Origin: Vulcanimicrobiota bacterium
GTDB taxonomy: Bacteria; Vulcanimicrobiota; Vulcanimicrobiia; Vulcanimicrobiales; Vulcanimicrobiaceae
Reading direction: 5' to 3'
Assembly: GCA_963733295.1 (NCBI GenBank)
Contig: CAVTCS010000003.1
Span: forward strand, 384,001 to 448,000
Length of the DNA stretch: 64,000 nucleotides
Part shown: one piece after another, positions 47,600 through 58,194 of the stretch
How the letters are laid out: every line of letters starts with the position of its first letter
Numbering within the stretch: the first letter of the stretch is position 1
Translations under genes and position numbers: made by a program
The notes under the pieces: model-generated
Told to the model about the DNA's origin: nothing
Databases searched by the model: none
Seen by the model: only the letters and a program-made list of their open reading frames with translations

Positions 47600-47960
47600 G
47601 GCTAAACTACCCGCAGAAAGCTCGAAGGAGCCTGGAACGATCGAAGCGATACGAATCGGCGTCTACTACCAAACCAGCTACGGCACCCTATGGAAAGACG
47701 GGACATACTTCCCCCGCGGAACGCGCGTGATGGTCGCCGGGCTGCATCTCGAACAGGGGTTCTGCGTCAGGTTTCCGGTCGAGATCGACGGCGAACCGCT
47801 CGAGACTTGGGAGGACTGGGGCGAGTTGGACTTCCTGGCTGAAGACGGAACCGTCAGCGGCTCGCAGGAGCTCTCCGCAGCGGTGCTCGCCGAAGCGCGC
47901 GAGGTCCTCGACGATGCCGAAGACGGCACGCACCTGCATTTGCACGAAACCGAAGACTGA
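47598..47960 (+). CDS. Acidic hypothetical protein (120 aa)
   Basis: Protein-like composition; stop abuts the DUF885 gene. Confidence 0.65.
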   Translation: MAKLPAESSKEPGTIEAIRIGVYYQTSYGTLWKDGTYFPRGTRVMVAGLHLEQGFCVRFPVEIDGEPLETWEDWGELDFLAEDGTVSGSQELSAAVLAEAREVLDDAEDGTHLHLHETED

Positions 47961-49721
47961 GTGTTGCGAATGCCGGGCGCTGTGCTGCTTCGCGCCGCGG
48001 CGAGCGGGTTGCTCTTCGTCGCGCTGGTGGTACCGCTCGGTGCGCAGGAAACCCGCCCGCTCGGGGATCAGCGGCTCGATGCCCTCGCAGCGCAATACTT
48101 CGACGAGCTCTGGAAGCTCGATCCGATTCGCGCGACGGATGCCGGCGTTCACGACTACGATGACAAAATCGGCGACTACTCGGCGCAGGGGTACGCGGAT
48201 CGCATCGCGTTGACACGCCGCTTCCGCACGCAGCTCGCCGCGATCGATCCGGATTCTTTCGGTGCGGAGGGGGCCGACGACGCGGCGATCTTCGCCGCGA
48301 GACTCGACGAGACGCTCCTCAAGCTCCAGAACCGCGAGAACTGGCGCCACCAGCCGGCCTTGTACTCGACCCTCGCGGCGGATGCGGTCTACTCGCTCGT
48401 GGCTCGCAACTTCGCACCCGCCAAAGTCAGGATGCGCGACGTCATCTTGCGCGAGCGCCAGCTTCCGGGATTGTTGGCAGCCGGCAAAGCGAACCTGACG
48501 AGCGTCGATGCGGTCACGGCTGAGATCGCCCGGCGCAACATCTCCGGTGCGATCGACTTCTTCACGACCGTCGTGCCCCTCGCAGTGGCACCCCTCGCCG
48601 ATGCGACCTCGCGCGCGGATTTCAAAACTGCCAACGACGAGACGGTCGCGGCGCTTCGGGATTACCAGCAAGCGCTCGAAGCGGGCCTCTTTGTCCATCC
48701 CAGCGGCACGTTTGCGATCGGACCGAAGCTCTTCGAGCGCATGCTCGCGCTGCAGGAGCTCACGCCCATTTCGCTCGCGACCTACGAGCGGGTCGGCGAG
48801 GAAGCGCTGGCGCGCACGAAAGTCGACTTCCTCGGAACCGCGAAGAAAATCGACGCCACCCGCTCGCCGCAAGAAGTCGCCGAATCGCTCGGAGCCGATC
48901 ACCCCGCGCCCGATGCTCTCCTGCGCACGGCCAGCGACGACATCGAAAAGCTCCGCGCGTTCGTCGTGGCTCACCACATCATCACCCTGCCGAGCGGCAG
49001 CGAAAACATCAAGGTGGTTCCGACCCCCGAATTCGCTCGCGCGACGACCTTCGCGTCGATGAACACGCCCGGTCCGCTCGAAAAGACGGCGACCGAGGCG
49101 TACTACAACATCACGCCGATCGAGGCCGACTGGAGCGCCGCGCGCAAGGAGCAGCACCTCGCGTTCTTCAACGTCTATACGTTCCCGATCGTCACGCTGC
49201 ACGAAGTCATGCCCGGGCACTACGTCAACTTCGCGATCGACCGTACCGAACGGCTATCGCTGATCCGTCGCGTTTTCTCGAGCCCGTCGTTCTCCGAAGG
49301 CTGGGCTCACTATGACGAGCAGATGATGGTCGACGAGGGCTGGGGGAACGGTGATCCGCACGTGCGGCTCGCGCAGCTCCAGGCTGCTCTGCAGCGGGAG
49401 TGCCGCTATCTCGTGGGTCTCCGCGAGCACACCGCCGGGATGAGCCTCGAGGCTGCCACGAAGTTTTTTGAGGACAACGCCTTCATGGCCGAAGAGACGG
49501 CGCGGCGAGAGGCCTTGCGCGGAACGCAGGATCCGTTGTATGGCTATTACACGCTCGGGAAGCTGGAGATCCTCAAGCTGCGCTCCGACTTCCAGAAGAA
49601 GATGGGGAGCAAATATTCGCTCGAACTCTTTCACGACGAGCTTCTCGCCCACGGCGATCCTCCGCTGGCCATCGCTCGAAGGACCATGCTCGGAGCCGAG
49701 GACGACGGTCGACTTCTCTAG
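47961..49721 (+). CDS. DUF885 family secreted protein
   Basis: Signal peptide, HEVMPGH, FSEGWAHY, YYTLGKLEI. Confidence 0.9.
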   Translation: MLRMPGAVLLRAAASGLLFVALVVPLGAQETRPLGDQRLDALAAQYFDELWKLDPIRATDAGVHDYDDKIGDYSAQGYADRIALTRRFRTQLAAIDPDSFGAEGADDAAIFAARLDETLLKLQNRENWRHQPALYSTLAADAVYSLVARNFAPAKVRMRDVILRERQLPGLLAAGKANLTSVDAVTAEIARRNISGAIDFFTTVVPLAVAPLADATSRADFKTANDETVAALRDYQQALEAGLFVHPSGTFAIGPKLFERMLALQELTPISLATYERVGEEALARTKVDFLGTAKKIDATRSPQEVAESLGADHPAPDALLRTASDDIEKLRAFVVAHHIITLPSGSENIKVVPTPEFARATTFASMNTPGPLEKTATEAYYNITPIEADWSAARKEQHLAFFNVYTFPIVTLHEVMPGHYVNFAIDRTERLSLIRRVFSSPSFSEGWAHYDEQMMVDEGWGNGDPHVRLAQLQAALQRECRYLVGLREHTAGMSLEAATKFFEDNAFMAEETARREALRGTQDPLYGYYTLGKLEILKLRSDFQKKMGSKYSLELFHDELLAHGDPPLAIARRTMLGAEDDGRLL

Positions 49722-49735
49722 ACGAGGAAACAACG

Positions 49736-51388
49736 ATGAAGACGTACGCGCCTAAGCTGGATCCGGCGACCGCGATTTTCGGGACGATGATGGACGTGCC
49801 CCTGACGGTGCGCTGGATCTTCGAGCATACGCTGCGCAATCACGGTTCGCGCGAGGTCGTCTCCCGTCTCGACGACGGCTCGATCTTCCGCTACACGTAC
49901 AGCGATTTCGGCAAGCGCGTCGCCAGGCTCGCGAATGCCCTAGTGGCGCTCGGCATCCGGCCCGGCGACCGGGTTGCGTCGTTCGGCTGGAATACGCACC
50001 GCCATCTCGAGCTCTACTATGCCGTCCCGATGATCGGTGCGGTGCTGCACACGACCAACATTCGGCTTTTCCCCGAGCAAGTCTGCTGGGCGTTCCAACA
50101 TGCCGACGACAAATTGATCTTCGTGGATGCGTCGCTCGCACCGGCCATCGCGCGCGCCACCGTGACGATGCCGCAATTCACCAGACCCTTCGTCGTCATG
50201 GGTTCGGGTGACGCGAGCCTAGCTCAGGCGCTCGACTACGAAACGCTGCTCGAGGCGCAGCCCGAGACGTTCGACTGGCCGGATCTCGACGAGCGTCACG
50301 CGGCCATCTTGTGCTACACCTCGGCGACGACCGGCGATCCGAAGGGCGTGCTGTTCACGCACCGTTCGAGCGTGTTACACGCGTTCGCGGCGGGGTTAGC
50401 CGACGCCGTCAACATCCAACAGCGCGACTGCGTCATGCCGGTCGTTCCGATGTTCCACGTCAACGCGTGGGGCGTCCCGTACCTGGCACCGATGGTGGGT
50501 GCCAAGCTCGTTTTGCCCGGAGCGAAACTCGATCCGCAAAGCTTGATCGAGCTGGTCGAAAGCGAAAAGGTCACGCTTTCGCTCGGGGTGCCCACCGTGT
50601 GGCTCGCGGTGCGCGACGAACTCGAGAAGCGCAACGCTTTTCTGCCGAGCCTCAAATCGCTCGTGATCGGCGGCTCCGCGGTGCCGCCTTCGCTGTTCGA
50701 CGACTTGAACAAGCGCGGGATAACGGTCATGCACGCCTGGGGCATGACCGAGATGAGCCCGATCGGCACGACCTCGCGCCTTCATGCCGAGCTCGAGGAC
50801 GCAGCACCCGAGAAGCAGCGGCAAGTGTTGCTCACGCAAGGCCGCTTCACGCCCCTCGTCGCGTGGAAGCTGCTCGACGAAGAGGGCAACGACGTTCCGC
50901 GCGACGGTAAGACGGCGGGCGCGCTGTGGGTGCGCGGCCCCGGCGTCACGGGCCGCTACTACCGGGTGGACGAGCCGCTGCCCTCATTTAAAGACGGCTG
51001 GTTTCACACCGGCGACGTCTGCACCATCGACGAGCACGGATACTTGCAGCTGGTCGACCGTTCGAAGGACCTCGTGAAGTCCGGCGGCGAGTGGATCTCG
51101 AGCGTCGATCTCGAGAATCTCATCATGGGTCATCCCGCGATTAAAGAAGCCGCCGTCATCGGATTGCCGCATCCTAAATGGGTCGAGCGCCCGGTCGCGG
51201 TCGCAGTTTTACGTGAGGGCAAGACTCTCGACGAAGCGTCCTTGCAGGCTTGGATCGGCGAGCGCGTCGTCAAATGGATGATTCCCGATCGCGTGATTTT
51301 CGTCGACGCGATTCCGCGGACTGGTGTCGGCAAGTTTCTCAAGCGCGACCTCCGGGAACGCTACAAGGACCTCCTGGGAGGCCCCTGA
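49736..51388 (+). CDS. Long-chain fatty acid-CoA ligase (AMP-binding)
   Basis: YTSATTGDPKG, AWGMTE, HTGD, DRSKDLVKSGGEWI, GKFLK. Confidence 0.93.
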   Translation: MKTYAPKLDPATAIFGTMMDVPLTVRWIFEHTLRNHGSREVVSRLDDGSIFRYTYSDFGKRVARLANALVALGIRPGDRVASFGWNTHRHLELYYAVPMIGAVLHTTNIRLFPEQVCWAFQHADDKLIFVDASLAPAIARATVTMPQFTRPFVVMGSGDASLAQALDYETLLEAQPETFDWPDLDERHAAILCYTSATTGDPKGVLFTHRSSVLHAFAAGLADAVNIQQRDCVMPVVPMFHVNAWGVPYLAPMVGAKLVLPGAKLDPQSLIELVESEKVTLSLGVPTVWLAVRDELEKRNAFLPSLKSLVIGGSAVPPSLFDDLNKRGITVMHAWGMTEMSPIGTTSRLHAELEDAAPEKQRQVLLTQGRFTPLVAWKLLDEEGNDVPRDGKTAGALWVRGPGVTGRYYRVDEPLPSFKDGWFHTGDVCTIDEHGYLQLVDRSKDLVKSGGEWISSVDLENLIMGHPAIKEAAVIGLPHPKWVERPVAVAVLREGKTLDEASLQAWIGERVVKWMIPDRVIFVDAIPRTGVGKFLKRDLRERYKDLLGGP

Positions 51389-51496
51389 CCGGGCAAAGCC
51401 CCTAAATGGCGACGGCCCCGTCCATCGATCGAGGAATACCCAGCCAATGTGGGAAAAGGAGGCCCACCTTTAGCTGCTCGAGAGGATGAGGCAACC

Positions 51497-52789
51497 GTGC
51501 AGGTGTTCGACGACGCCAGGCAACTGGAACTAATGTGGGAATCCGACCCGCGCTGGGCCGGGATCACCCGCCCGTATAGCGGAGCAGACGTGGTGCGTCT
51601 GCGCGGGTCGGTTCCGATCGACTACACGCTCGCCCGCCTCGGAGCCGAGCGTCTGTGGGACCTCCTTCGGAAAGAATCGTGCGTCGCGGCGCTCGGAGCC
51701 GTCACCGGCAACCAGGCGGTTCAGGCGGTCAAAGCCGGGCTCAAGGCCATCTACCTTTCCGGCTGGCAGGTCGCCGGCGACGCGAATAGCGCCGGTCAGA
51801 CCTATCCCGATCAGAGCCTGTATCCGGCGAATTCGGCGCCCCAACTGGTCAAGCGCATCAACAACGCGTTCCAGCGCGCCGACCAGATTCAGACGAGCGA
51901 AGGCAAGTCTGACATCCACTACTTCGCGCCGATCGTGGCGGATGCCGAGGCCGGTTTCGGCGGAGCGCTCAACGTGCACGAGTTGATGAAAGCATTCATC
52001 GAAGCCGGCGCCGCGGCGGTTCACTTTGAAGATCAACTAGCGAGCGAAAAGAAGTGCGGCCACATGGGCGGCAAGGTGCTCATTCCGACAAAGACCGCGG
52101 TGCGCAACCTGATCGCCGCGCGACTCGCCGCCGACCTCCTCGGCGTGCCGACGCTGATCCTCGCGCGAACCGACGCGAACGGCGCGAAACTCGTAACGAG
52201 CGACATCGACCCGACCGACGAGCCGTTTCTTACCGGCGAGCGGACGGAAGAAGGCTTCTTTCGCTGCAAGGGCGGCCTCGACGCGGCGATCGCCCGCGGC
52301 CTGGCCTACGCTCCGTTTGCCGATCTCATCTGGTGCGAAACCTCGGAGCCCAACCTCGATGAAGCGCGGCGCTTCGCCGGCGCGATCCACGCCGTGTACC
52401 CGGGGAAATGGCTCGCCTATAACTGCTCGCCGTCGTTCAACTGGAAGCTCAAGCTCGATGAGCGATCGATCGCGACGTTTTCGGAGCAGATCGCAGCGAT
52501 GGGTTACAAGTTCCAATTCATCACCTTGGCCGGCTTCCATGCGCTGAACCACTCGATGTTCGAACTCGCGCGCGACTTCAAGGATCGTGGAATGGCCGCC
52601 TACGCGGAGTTTCAAGCGGCCGAGTTCGCAAGCGAACGTTACGGTTACACCGCCACGCGCCATCAGGCGGAAGTCGGCGCGGGCTACTTCGATGAAATCT
52701 CACAAGTGGTGAGTGGAGGCAAGTCCTCGACGACCGCACTGCACGGCTCGACCGAAGCCGAACAATTCCACCCGGCGGCCGTCCACTAA
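51497..52789 (+). CDS. aceA: Isocitrate lyase
   Basis: [39 protein letters not shown] 51497 after GAGG. Confidence 0.97.
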   Translation: MQVFDDARQLELMWESDPRWAGITRPYSGADVVRLRGSVPIDYTLARLGAERLWDLLRKESCVAALGAVTGNQAVQAVKAGLKAIYLSGWQVAGDANSAGQTYPDQSLYPANSAPQLVKRINNAFQRADQIQTSEGKSDIHYFAPIVADAEAGFGGALNVHELMKAFIEAGAAAVHFEDQLASEKKCGHMGGKVLIPTKTAVRNLIAARLAADLLGVPTLILARTDANGAKLVTSDIDPTDEPFLTGERTEEGFFRCKGGLDAAIARGLAYAPFADLIWCETSEPNLDEARRFAGAIHAVYPGKWLAYNCSPSFNWKLKLDERSIATFSEQIAAMGYKFQFITLAGFHALNHSMFELARDFKDRGMAAYAEFQAAEFASERYGYTATRHQAEVGAGYFDEISQVVSGGKSSTTALHGSTEAEQFHPAAVH

Positions 52790-53541
52790 CCGTACATCAG
52801 CGAACCTGGAGTCGTGAGTAATTCGCCGGACTCGAGCCACGTCTTGAGACCGGAGAGGATCATCGGCCAGCCGCCGTAGACTTGCGGATTCGCGCCTTCG
52901 CGCAGCTGATCGTGCGTGACGGTCAAACAGCACGAGTCGCCGACGGGCTCGATCTCGTAGGTCACGCGCGAAGTGCCCTCGCTCTTGACCTCGTCGCTCC
53001 ACAGAGCGGTAAAGGTTTGCACCAATTTGCGCGGCGGATCGACTTCGACGTTCACGCCTTCGCCGAGAAGTGCGGGCGCGTTCGGATGATTCATCGTGTA
53101 CGGCGAACCGGTCGTCCAGTCGGACTGTACCCGCATACCGAAAGTGTATTTGCTGCGGATCTCGGGGTCGGTGAGCGCTTGCCAAAGACGCTCGGGCGTC
53201 GTGCGAATGTAGATCTCGAAAACTTTCTCCATCTGACTCTCCATTCGTGTCTTGAGGCCGCTGAGCGCTGCGGCCCAGGGCTCGGCGTATTTGCTGACCC
53301 ACCGGTCGTGGACGAGCCGGATCGGCACCGGGTTGAGGAAGTGCAATTTCTCGCGGCCACGCCGTTTGGTCACGACGAGGCCGGCCTCTTCGAGCTGCCT
53401 GAGGTGCTTCATGACGCCGAATCGCGACATGCCGGGAAAGCAGCGTCCGAGTGCCCCGAGGGTCTGGCCGTCCTCCCGGAACAGCTCGTCCAGAACGCTG
53501 CGCCGGGTTGGATCGGCCAGGGCTTTGAAGACCGCGTCCAC
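52786..53541 (-). CDS. ArsR/SmtB regulator fused to SRPBCC (AHSA1) domain
   Basis: [50 protein letters not shown]. Confidence 0.92.
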   Translation of the reverse strand: MDAVFKALADPTRRSVLDELFREDGQTLGALGRCFPGMSRFGVMKHLRQLEEAGLVVTKRRGREKLHFLNPVPIRLVHDRWVSKYAEPWAAALSGLKTRMESQMEKVFEIYIRTTPERLWQALTDPEIRSKYTFGMRVQSDWTTGSPYTMNHPNAPALLGEGVNVEVDPPRKLVQTFTALWSDEVKSEGTSRVTYEIEPVGDSCCLTVTHDQLREGANPQVYGGWPMILSGLKTWLESGELLTTPGSLMYG

Positions 53542-53547
53542 CCCCAG

Positions 53548-53577
53548 ATAATAGGTGACTATTTAGTCACATGTCAA
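53548..53577 (-). promoter_or_regulatory. Promoter with palindromic operator for the ArsR-SRPBCC gene (probably leaderless)
   Basis: TTGACA-18-TATTAT, 6 nt from the GTG; GTGACTA-tt-TAGTCAC palindrome (53555-53570) in the spacer. Confidence 0.8.
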
Positions 53578-53637
53578 GCCCGGCCGAAGCCTTTTCGTGG
53601 AGCGGACGGGTCCCGGCGCCCGCCGAACGCTCCGCGC

Positions 53638-54432
53638 ATGAGCGAGCCCGAAGTCCTCTCATCGCAGCAAGGCGCCGTGCTGAGGCTGACCTTGAACCGG
53701 CCGGACAAGCTCAACGCGCTCAACGAGCCGTTGACGGAGTTGCTGCTGGGGGGCCTGCGTAAAGCCGCCACGGATTCGTCGGTCCGCGTCGTCGTTCTCA
53801 ATGGAAGCGGACGCGGTTTCTGCTCGGGTCAAGATCTCGAGGCGTTCGTGCGGCTCAAAACGAGCGCGACACCGGTCTCGGTCGCCGAGCACCTGCGCCG
53901 CGGCTACAACCTCGTGGCGCTCGCGCTGCGCAATCTCGAGAAACCGGTCATCGCCTCCATCAACGGGATCGCCGCCGGCGCGGGTCTGTCGATCGCGCTC
54001 TGTTGCGACGTACGGGTCGCGGCGGAGGATGCACTGCTGACGCTGGGCTTTTCGAAGATCGGCCTGATCCCGGATGCCGGCGGCAGTTACCTGTTGCCGC
54101 TGCTCGCCGGTTTCGGCCGCGGGCTCGAACTCGCGTGGACCAGCGATCGCATCGGCGCGGCTGAGGCTTACCGGCTCGGCCTCGTCAACCGGGTCGTCGC
54201 GACTGCGACGCTCTCCGATGAAACGGCGGCCTTCGCCGAACGTCTTTCGGAAGTTTCTCCCGTCGCTCTGGCGTTGACCAAACGCGCCTTCAATCGCTCG
54301 ATCATGCCGCACTTCGCGGAGTGGCTCGAACAAGAAGCGGAGCTTCAAGAAGAAGCGGCTGCGGGCCCCGACTTGCTCGAAGGCGTTCAAGCTTTCATGC
54401 AAAAGCGCAAGCCGGCGTTCGCTGCGCGGTGA
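53638..54432 (+). CDS. Enoyl-CoA hydratase/isomerase (PaaG-like)
   Basis: LNRPDKLNAL, FCSGQDL, AAGAG, GLIPDAGG. Confidence 0.92.
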   Translation: MSEPEVLSSQQGAVLRLTLNRPDKLNALNEPLTELLLGGLRKAATDSSVRVVVLNGSGRGFCSGQDLEAFVRLKTSATPVSVAEHLRRGYNLVALALRNLEKPVIASINGIAAGAGLSIALCCDVRVAAEDALLTLGFSKIGLIPDAGGSYLLPLLAGFGRGLELAWTSDRIGAAEAYRLGLVNRVVATATLSDETAAFAERLSEVSPVALALTKRAFNRSIMPHFAEWLEQEAELQEEAAAGPDLLEGVQAFMQKRKPAFAAR

Positions 54433-55229
54433 CGGCTCCCACGGCGGCGCTCGCGCGCGGCGAGCTGTTCGATCTCACCGGAAAGGTGGCGCTGGTTACC
54501 GGTTCGACGCGCGGCATCGGTTTTGCGATCGCGCGGCGTTTCGCAGAACATGGCGCGCGCGTCGTCGTTTCGAGCCGCAAACCCGACGCATGCGAAGCGG
54601 CCCGCAGCGCGATCGCGGAAGCGGGCGGCGAAGCGATTGCGGTCCCCGCAAACATCAGCCACAAAGAGCAGCTACAGGCCCTGGTCGACGCAACGCTTGC
54701 GGCCTGGGGCGGCATCGATATTTTGGTGTGCAATGCTGCCGTCAATCCTTATTTCGGGCCGCTCGAGAAGATCGGCGACGACGCGTTCGACAAGATCATG
54801 AGCACGAACGTGCGCTCGAACCTCTGGCTTTGCAACATGGTGCTTCCTCACATCGCGGAGCGCGGCGGTGGCTCGGTCATCCTCCTGTCGAGCATCGCAG
54901 GTCAACTGGGAACGCGTCTGCTGGGCGCGTACGCGCTTTCGAAGGCGGCCGACTCGCAGCTCGCGCGCAACCTCGCCGTCGAATGGGGCGGTCGCAACGT
55001 ACGCGTGAATTGTCTCGCACCGGGCATCATCCGGACCGACTTCGCGAAGGCGTTGTACGAGAACGAAGCGGTCTACAAGGCGGCTCTCAAGCACTACCCG
55101 TTGGGCCGGCTCGGCGAAGTCGACGACATTTCGGGAGCGGCCGTCTTTCTCGCCGCGAAGGCCGGAGCGTTCGTGACCGGCCAGACGCTCGTCATCGACG
55201 GCGGAACGACGATCGGCGGCTTCGAGTAA
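54429..55229 (+). CDS. Short-chain dehydrogenase/reductase (DHRS4-like)
   Basis: TGSTRGIG, NAAVNP, YALSK; GTGA overlap with upstream gene. Confidence 0.92.
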   Translation: MTAPTAALARGELFDLTGKVALVTGSTRGIGFAIARRFAEHGARVVVSSRKPDACEAARSAIAEAGGEAIAVPANISHKEQLQALVDATLAAWGGIDILVCNAAVNPYFGPLEKIGDDAFDKIMSTNVRSNLWLCNMVLPHIAERGGGSVILLSSIAGQLGTRLLGAYALSKAADSQLARNLAVEWGGRNVRVNCLAPGIIRTDFAKALYENEAVYKAALKHYPLGRLGEVDDISGAAVFLAAKAGAFVTGQTLVIDGGTTIGGFE

Positions 55230-55321
55230 TCGACCCTGCCGCGCTTCGCCGGGATTCCGGACGCCGCGCGAGAATTCGTTTCGTCTTCAGCACTTTCCGT
55301 AATCGGGGTCTCAAGCATACG

Positions 55322-57148
55322 ATGGCCGCTCCCTACCAAGCTCCGCTCCGCGACATGCACTTCCTGATCAACGAACTCGTCGATTTCAAGTCGATCGGAC
55401 AGTTGCCCGGATACGAGGAGGCCGCGGAGGTCGTCGATCCGATCTTGGAAGAGGCGGCGAACTTCGCGAGCAACGTTCTGGACCCGTTGAACGTGAGCGG
55501 CGATCGCGAGGGCGCGAAGTTCAGCGACGGCAACGTCACGACGCCCAAGGGCTTCAAGGACGCCTACCACCAGTTTTCGCAGGCCGGCTGGATCGGTCTG
55601 CCGCTGCCGGCCGAGTACGGCGGACAGGGTCTGCCGCAAGTGCTCTCGACCGCGACGCTCGAGATGTTCCAGGCCGCCAACATGGCGTTCGCCAACGGTC
55701 CGATGCTCAACCAGGGCGCGATCGAGGCGATCCTGCTGGTCGGAACCGACGAACAGAAGAAGAAGTTCGTCCCGAAACTGATCTCGGGCGAGTGGGCCGG
55801 CACGATGGACCTGACCGAACCGCAAGCCGGCTCGGACCTCGCGCAAGTGCGCACGAAGGCCGTGCCGGAAGGCGATCATTTCCGACTGAGCGGTCAAAAG
55901 ATCTTCATCACCTACGGCGAGCACGACTACACGCCCAACATCATCCATCTCGTGCTGGCGCGCACGCCGTCGGCGCCCGAAGGCGTCAAGGGCATCTCGC
56001 TCTTCATCGTGCCGAAGGTGAGCGTGAACGCCGACGGCTCGCTCGGCGAGCGCAACGACGTCACGTGCGCCTCGATCGAACACAAGCTGGGAATCCACGG
56101 CTCGCCGACGTGCACGATCAACTACGGCGAGAAGGGCGGCGCGATCGGGTACCTGGTCGGCAAAGAGAACGAAGGCCTCAAATACATGTTCATCATGATG
56201 AACTTGGCGCGCTTCTCGGTCGGCCTCCAAGGTCTCGCCATGGCGGATCGCGCCTACCAGGCCGCACTCGGCTACGCGCGCGAGCGCGTCCAGTCGAAGG
56301 ACGTCGCCGCGAAGGAATGGACGCCGGTGCGCATCATCGAGCACCCCGACGTGCGCCGCATGCTGATGGATTGCAAGGCGCAGATCGAAGCGATGCGCGC
56401 CCTCGCCTTCTTCACCGCCGAACAGCTCGATCACGCGCACATGGACCCCGACGAGAAGAAGAAGGCCGAAGCGCAGGCGATGGTCGAGTTCCTGACGCCG
56501 ATCGGCAAAGCGTGGTCGACGGAGACCGGGACGAGCCTCGTTTCAGAAGCGCTGCAAGTCTTCGGCGGAATGGGCTTCATCGAAGAAACCGGCGTTGCGC
56601 AATACTATCGCGACGTGCGCATCGCGCAAATCTACGAAGGCACGACGGGCATCCAAGCCAACGACCTGCTCGGGCGCAAGTTCCTCAAAGACATGGGCAA
56701 GAGCGCGACCAAGCTGATCGGCCGGATGCAAGCGACGGCCAAGGAGCTCGGCGAGAGCGACAACGCCGAAATCAAAGCGATCGCAGCCGAACTGGCAAAA
56801 TCGGTACAAACGCTGTCCGAGACGTCGATGTGGCTCGGTAATCTGGGCGCGCAGATCCTCGGCGGAAAGGCGGACGTTCGGACCGCCTTCGCAGGAGCGG
56901 TTCCGTACTTGATGATGTGGGGCACGACGCTCGGCGGCTGGCTTCTGGCACGCTCGGCGGAGATCGCGGCGCGCAAGGCAACGGAGGACTTCTACGCTGC
57001 CAAGCTCGTGACGGCGCGTTACTACGCCGATCACGTTTTGCCGCGCGTCACAACCTACAAGAACGAGATCACCGCCGGTGCCGGCTCCACGCTCGCACTG
57101 ACCGAGGCCCAGTTCTCCGCAGACCGCGCTTCGCTCGCTCTCGTGTAG
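55322..57148 (+). CDS. Acyl-CoA dehydrogenase (long, DmdC/FadE-like)
   Basis: GTMDLTEPQAGSDL, GQKIFIT, EHKLGIHGSPT, QVFGGMGF, IYEGTTGIQ. Confidence 0.93.
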   Translation: MAAPYQAPLRDMHFLINELVDFKSIGQLPGYEEAAEVVDPILEEAANFASNVLDPLNVSGDREGAKFSDGNVTTPKGFKDAYHQFSQAGWIGLPLPAEYGGQGLPQVLSTATLEMFQAANMAFANGPMLNQGAIEAILLVGTDEQKKKFVPKLISGEWAGTMDLTEPQAGSDLAQVRTKAVPEGDHFRLSGQKIFITYGEHDYTPNIIHLVLARTPSAPEGVKGISLFIVPKVSVNADGSLGERNDVTCASIEHKLGIHGSPTCTINYGEKGGAIGYLVGKENEGLKYMFIMMNLARFSVGLQGLAMADRAYQAALGYARERVQSKDVAAKEWTPVRIIEHPDVRRMLMDCKAQIEAMRALAFFTAEQLDHAHMDPDEKKKAEAQAMVEFLTPIGKAWSTETGTSLVSEALQVFGGMGFIEETGVAQYYRDVRIAQIYEGTTGIQANDLLGRKFLKDMGKSATKLIGRMQATAKELGESDNAEIKAIAAELAKSVQTLSETSMWLGNLGAQILGGKADVRTAFAGAVPYLMMWGTTLGGWLLARSAEIAARKATEDFYAAKLVTARYYADHVLPRVTTYKNEITAGAGSTLALTEAQFSADRASLALV

Positions 57149-57183
57149 TAGGGCCGCCTTCGCGGCGCAGGGAAACGGCTGGC

Positions 57184-58194
57184 ATGTTGCGCCGTGTCTT
57201 GATGCTGTCGCTCGCTCTTGCGTTCGGCCTCAGCTCGACGACGGCGCGAGCGGCCTCACCCCAAGCTGAAGATCGGGTTCTCGCCGTTCGTTTGTTTGCC
57301 GGTTTCGTGCCGCCGTTCGCGCTGTGCCCGGCGGTGGCGGTACAGGCGACCTGCAACATCGCAGGCGCGAGCGTTCCCCAAGCCCAGACCCTGAGCGCAA
57401 TCGCCGAGCGCGCCGGCCGCGCGGGCGTCGACAGCGTGGTATTCTTCCTTGCGGGATACTCGACGGATTTCGGGCATGGCATGGACGAAGCGCAACGGAT
57501 TGCGGCGCAACTCGGTCCGCGCTTCCTCATCGTCTTCGTCGATTGGGGCTCGCGCGGAGCGCACGTTGACTATGAATCGGACGCACACAGCGCCCGGCGG
57601 AATACGCCGGCCTTTGCGGCGCTCTTGACCGCTCTCAATGGAACGGTCGCAGGACGGTCCGTCGGGATTTTCGCGCACAGCATGGGAACGAGGGTCGCGG
57701 TGGGCGCCATCGCGATCGTAAAACCTGCGGCGGACGGCGCTCCGGTCGTGAACGAGGCGGTGTTGGCTGCGCCCGACCTATCGATCGACGACTACCGCAA
57801 AGCGATCACGCGAAGTCCGAAACCGTTCGGCCGGGTCACGATCTACGCTTCAAGTCACGACCACGCGCTGTTGCTCTCCGCGATCATCCACCTCCACCGC
57901 CGCCTCGGCCAATCGCTGCCGGGAAGGAGGTCGCTTGCCGATACGGACGTCGTCGACGCATCGGCGGCCGATCGCGCGAACGAGGGACACGGCTATGCCG
58001 TTCACGACCAGCGCGTGATCCTCGACATCGGTCAAACGTTACTCGGGGCTCCGACGCCGCATGCGGCCTGGAAGTGCGTTCAGGGAAACCTCTGCGTGCT
58101 CGATCCAAGCCGCGTGCCGGCCGAAGTCAGCGCTACATTCCCGTCACCGGCGGTGCTGGCGTTCCGTCCGACCACGTCGCGACCGGGACCATGA
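57184..58194 (+). CDS. Exported alpha/beta hydrolase (DUF900-like)
   Basis: Signal peptide, AHSMG, LAAPD, YASSHD.AL, GHGY. Confidence 0.82.
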   Translation: MLRRVLMLSLALAFGLSSTTARAASPQAEDRVLAVRLFAGFVPPFALCPAVAVQATCNIAGASVPQAQTLSAIAERAGRAGVDSVVFFLAGYSTDFGHGMDEAQRIAAQLGPRFLIVFVDWGSRGAHVDYESDAHSARRNTPAFAALLTALNGTVAGRSVGIFAHSMGTRVAVGAIAIVKPAADGAPVVNEAVLAAPDLSIDDYRKAITRSPKPFGRVTIYASSHDHALLLSAIIHLHRRLGQSLPGRRSLADTDVVDASAADRANEGHGYAVHDQRVILDIGQTLLGAPTPHAAWKCVQGNLCVLDPSRVPAEVSATFPSPAVLAFRPTTSRPGP

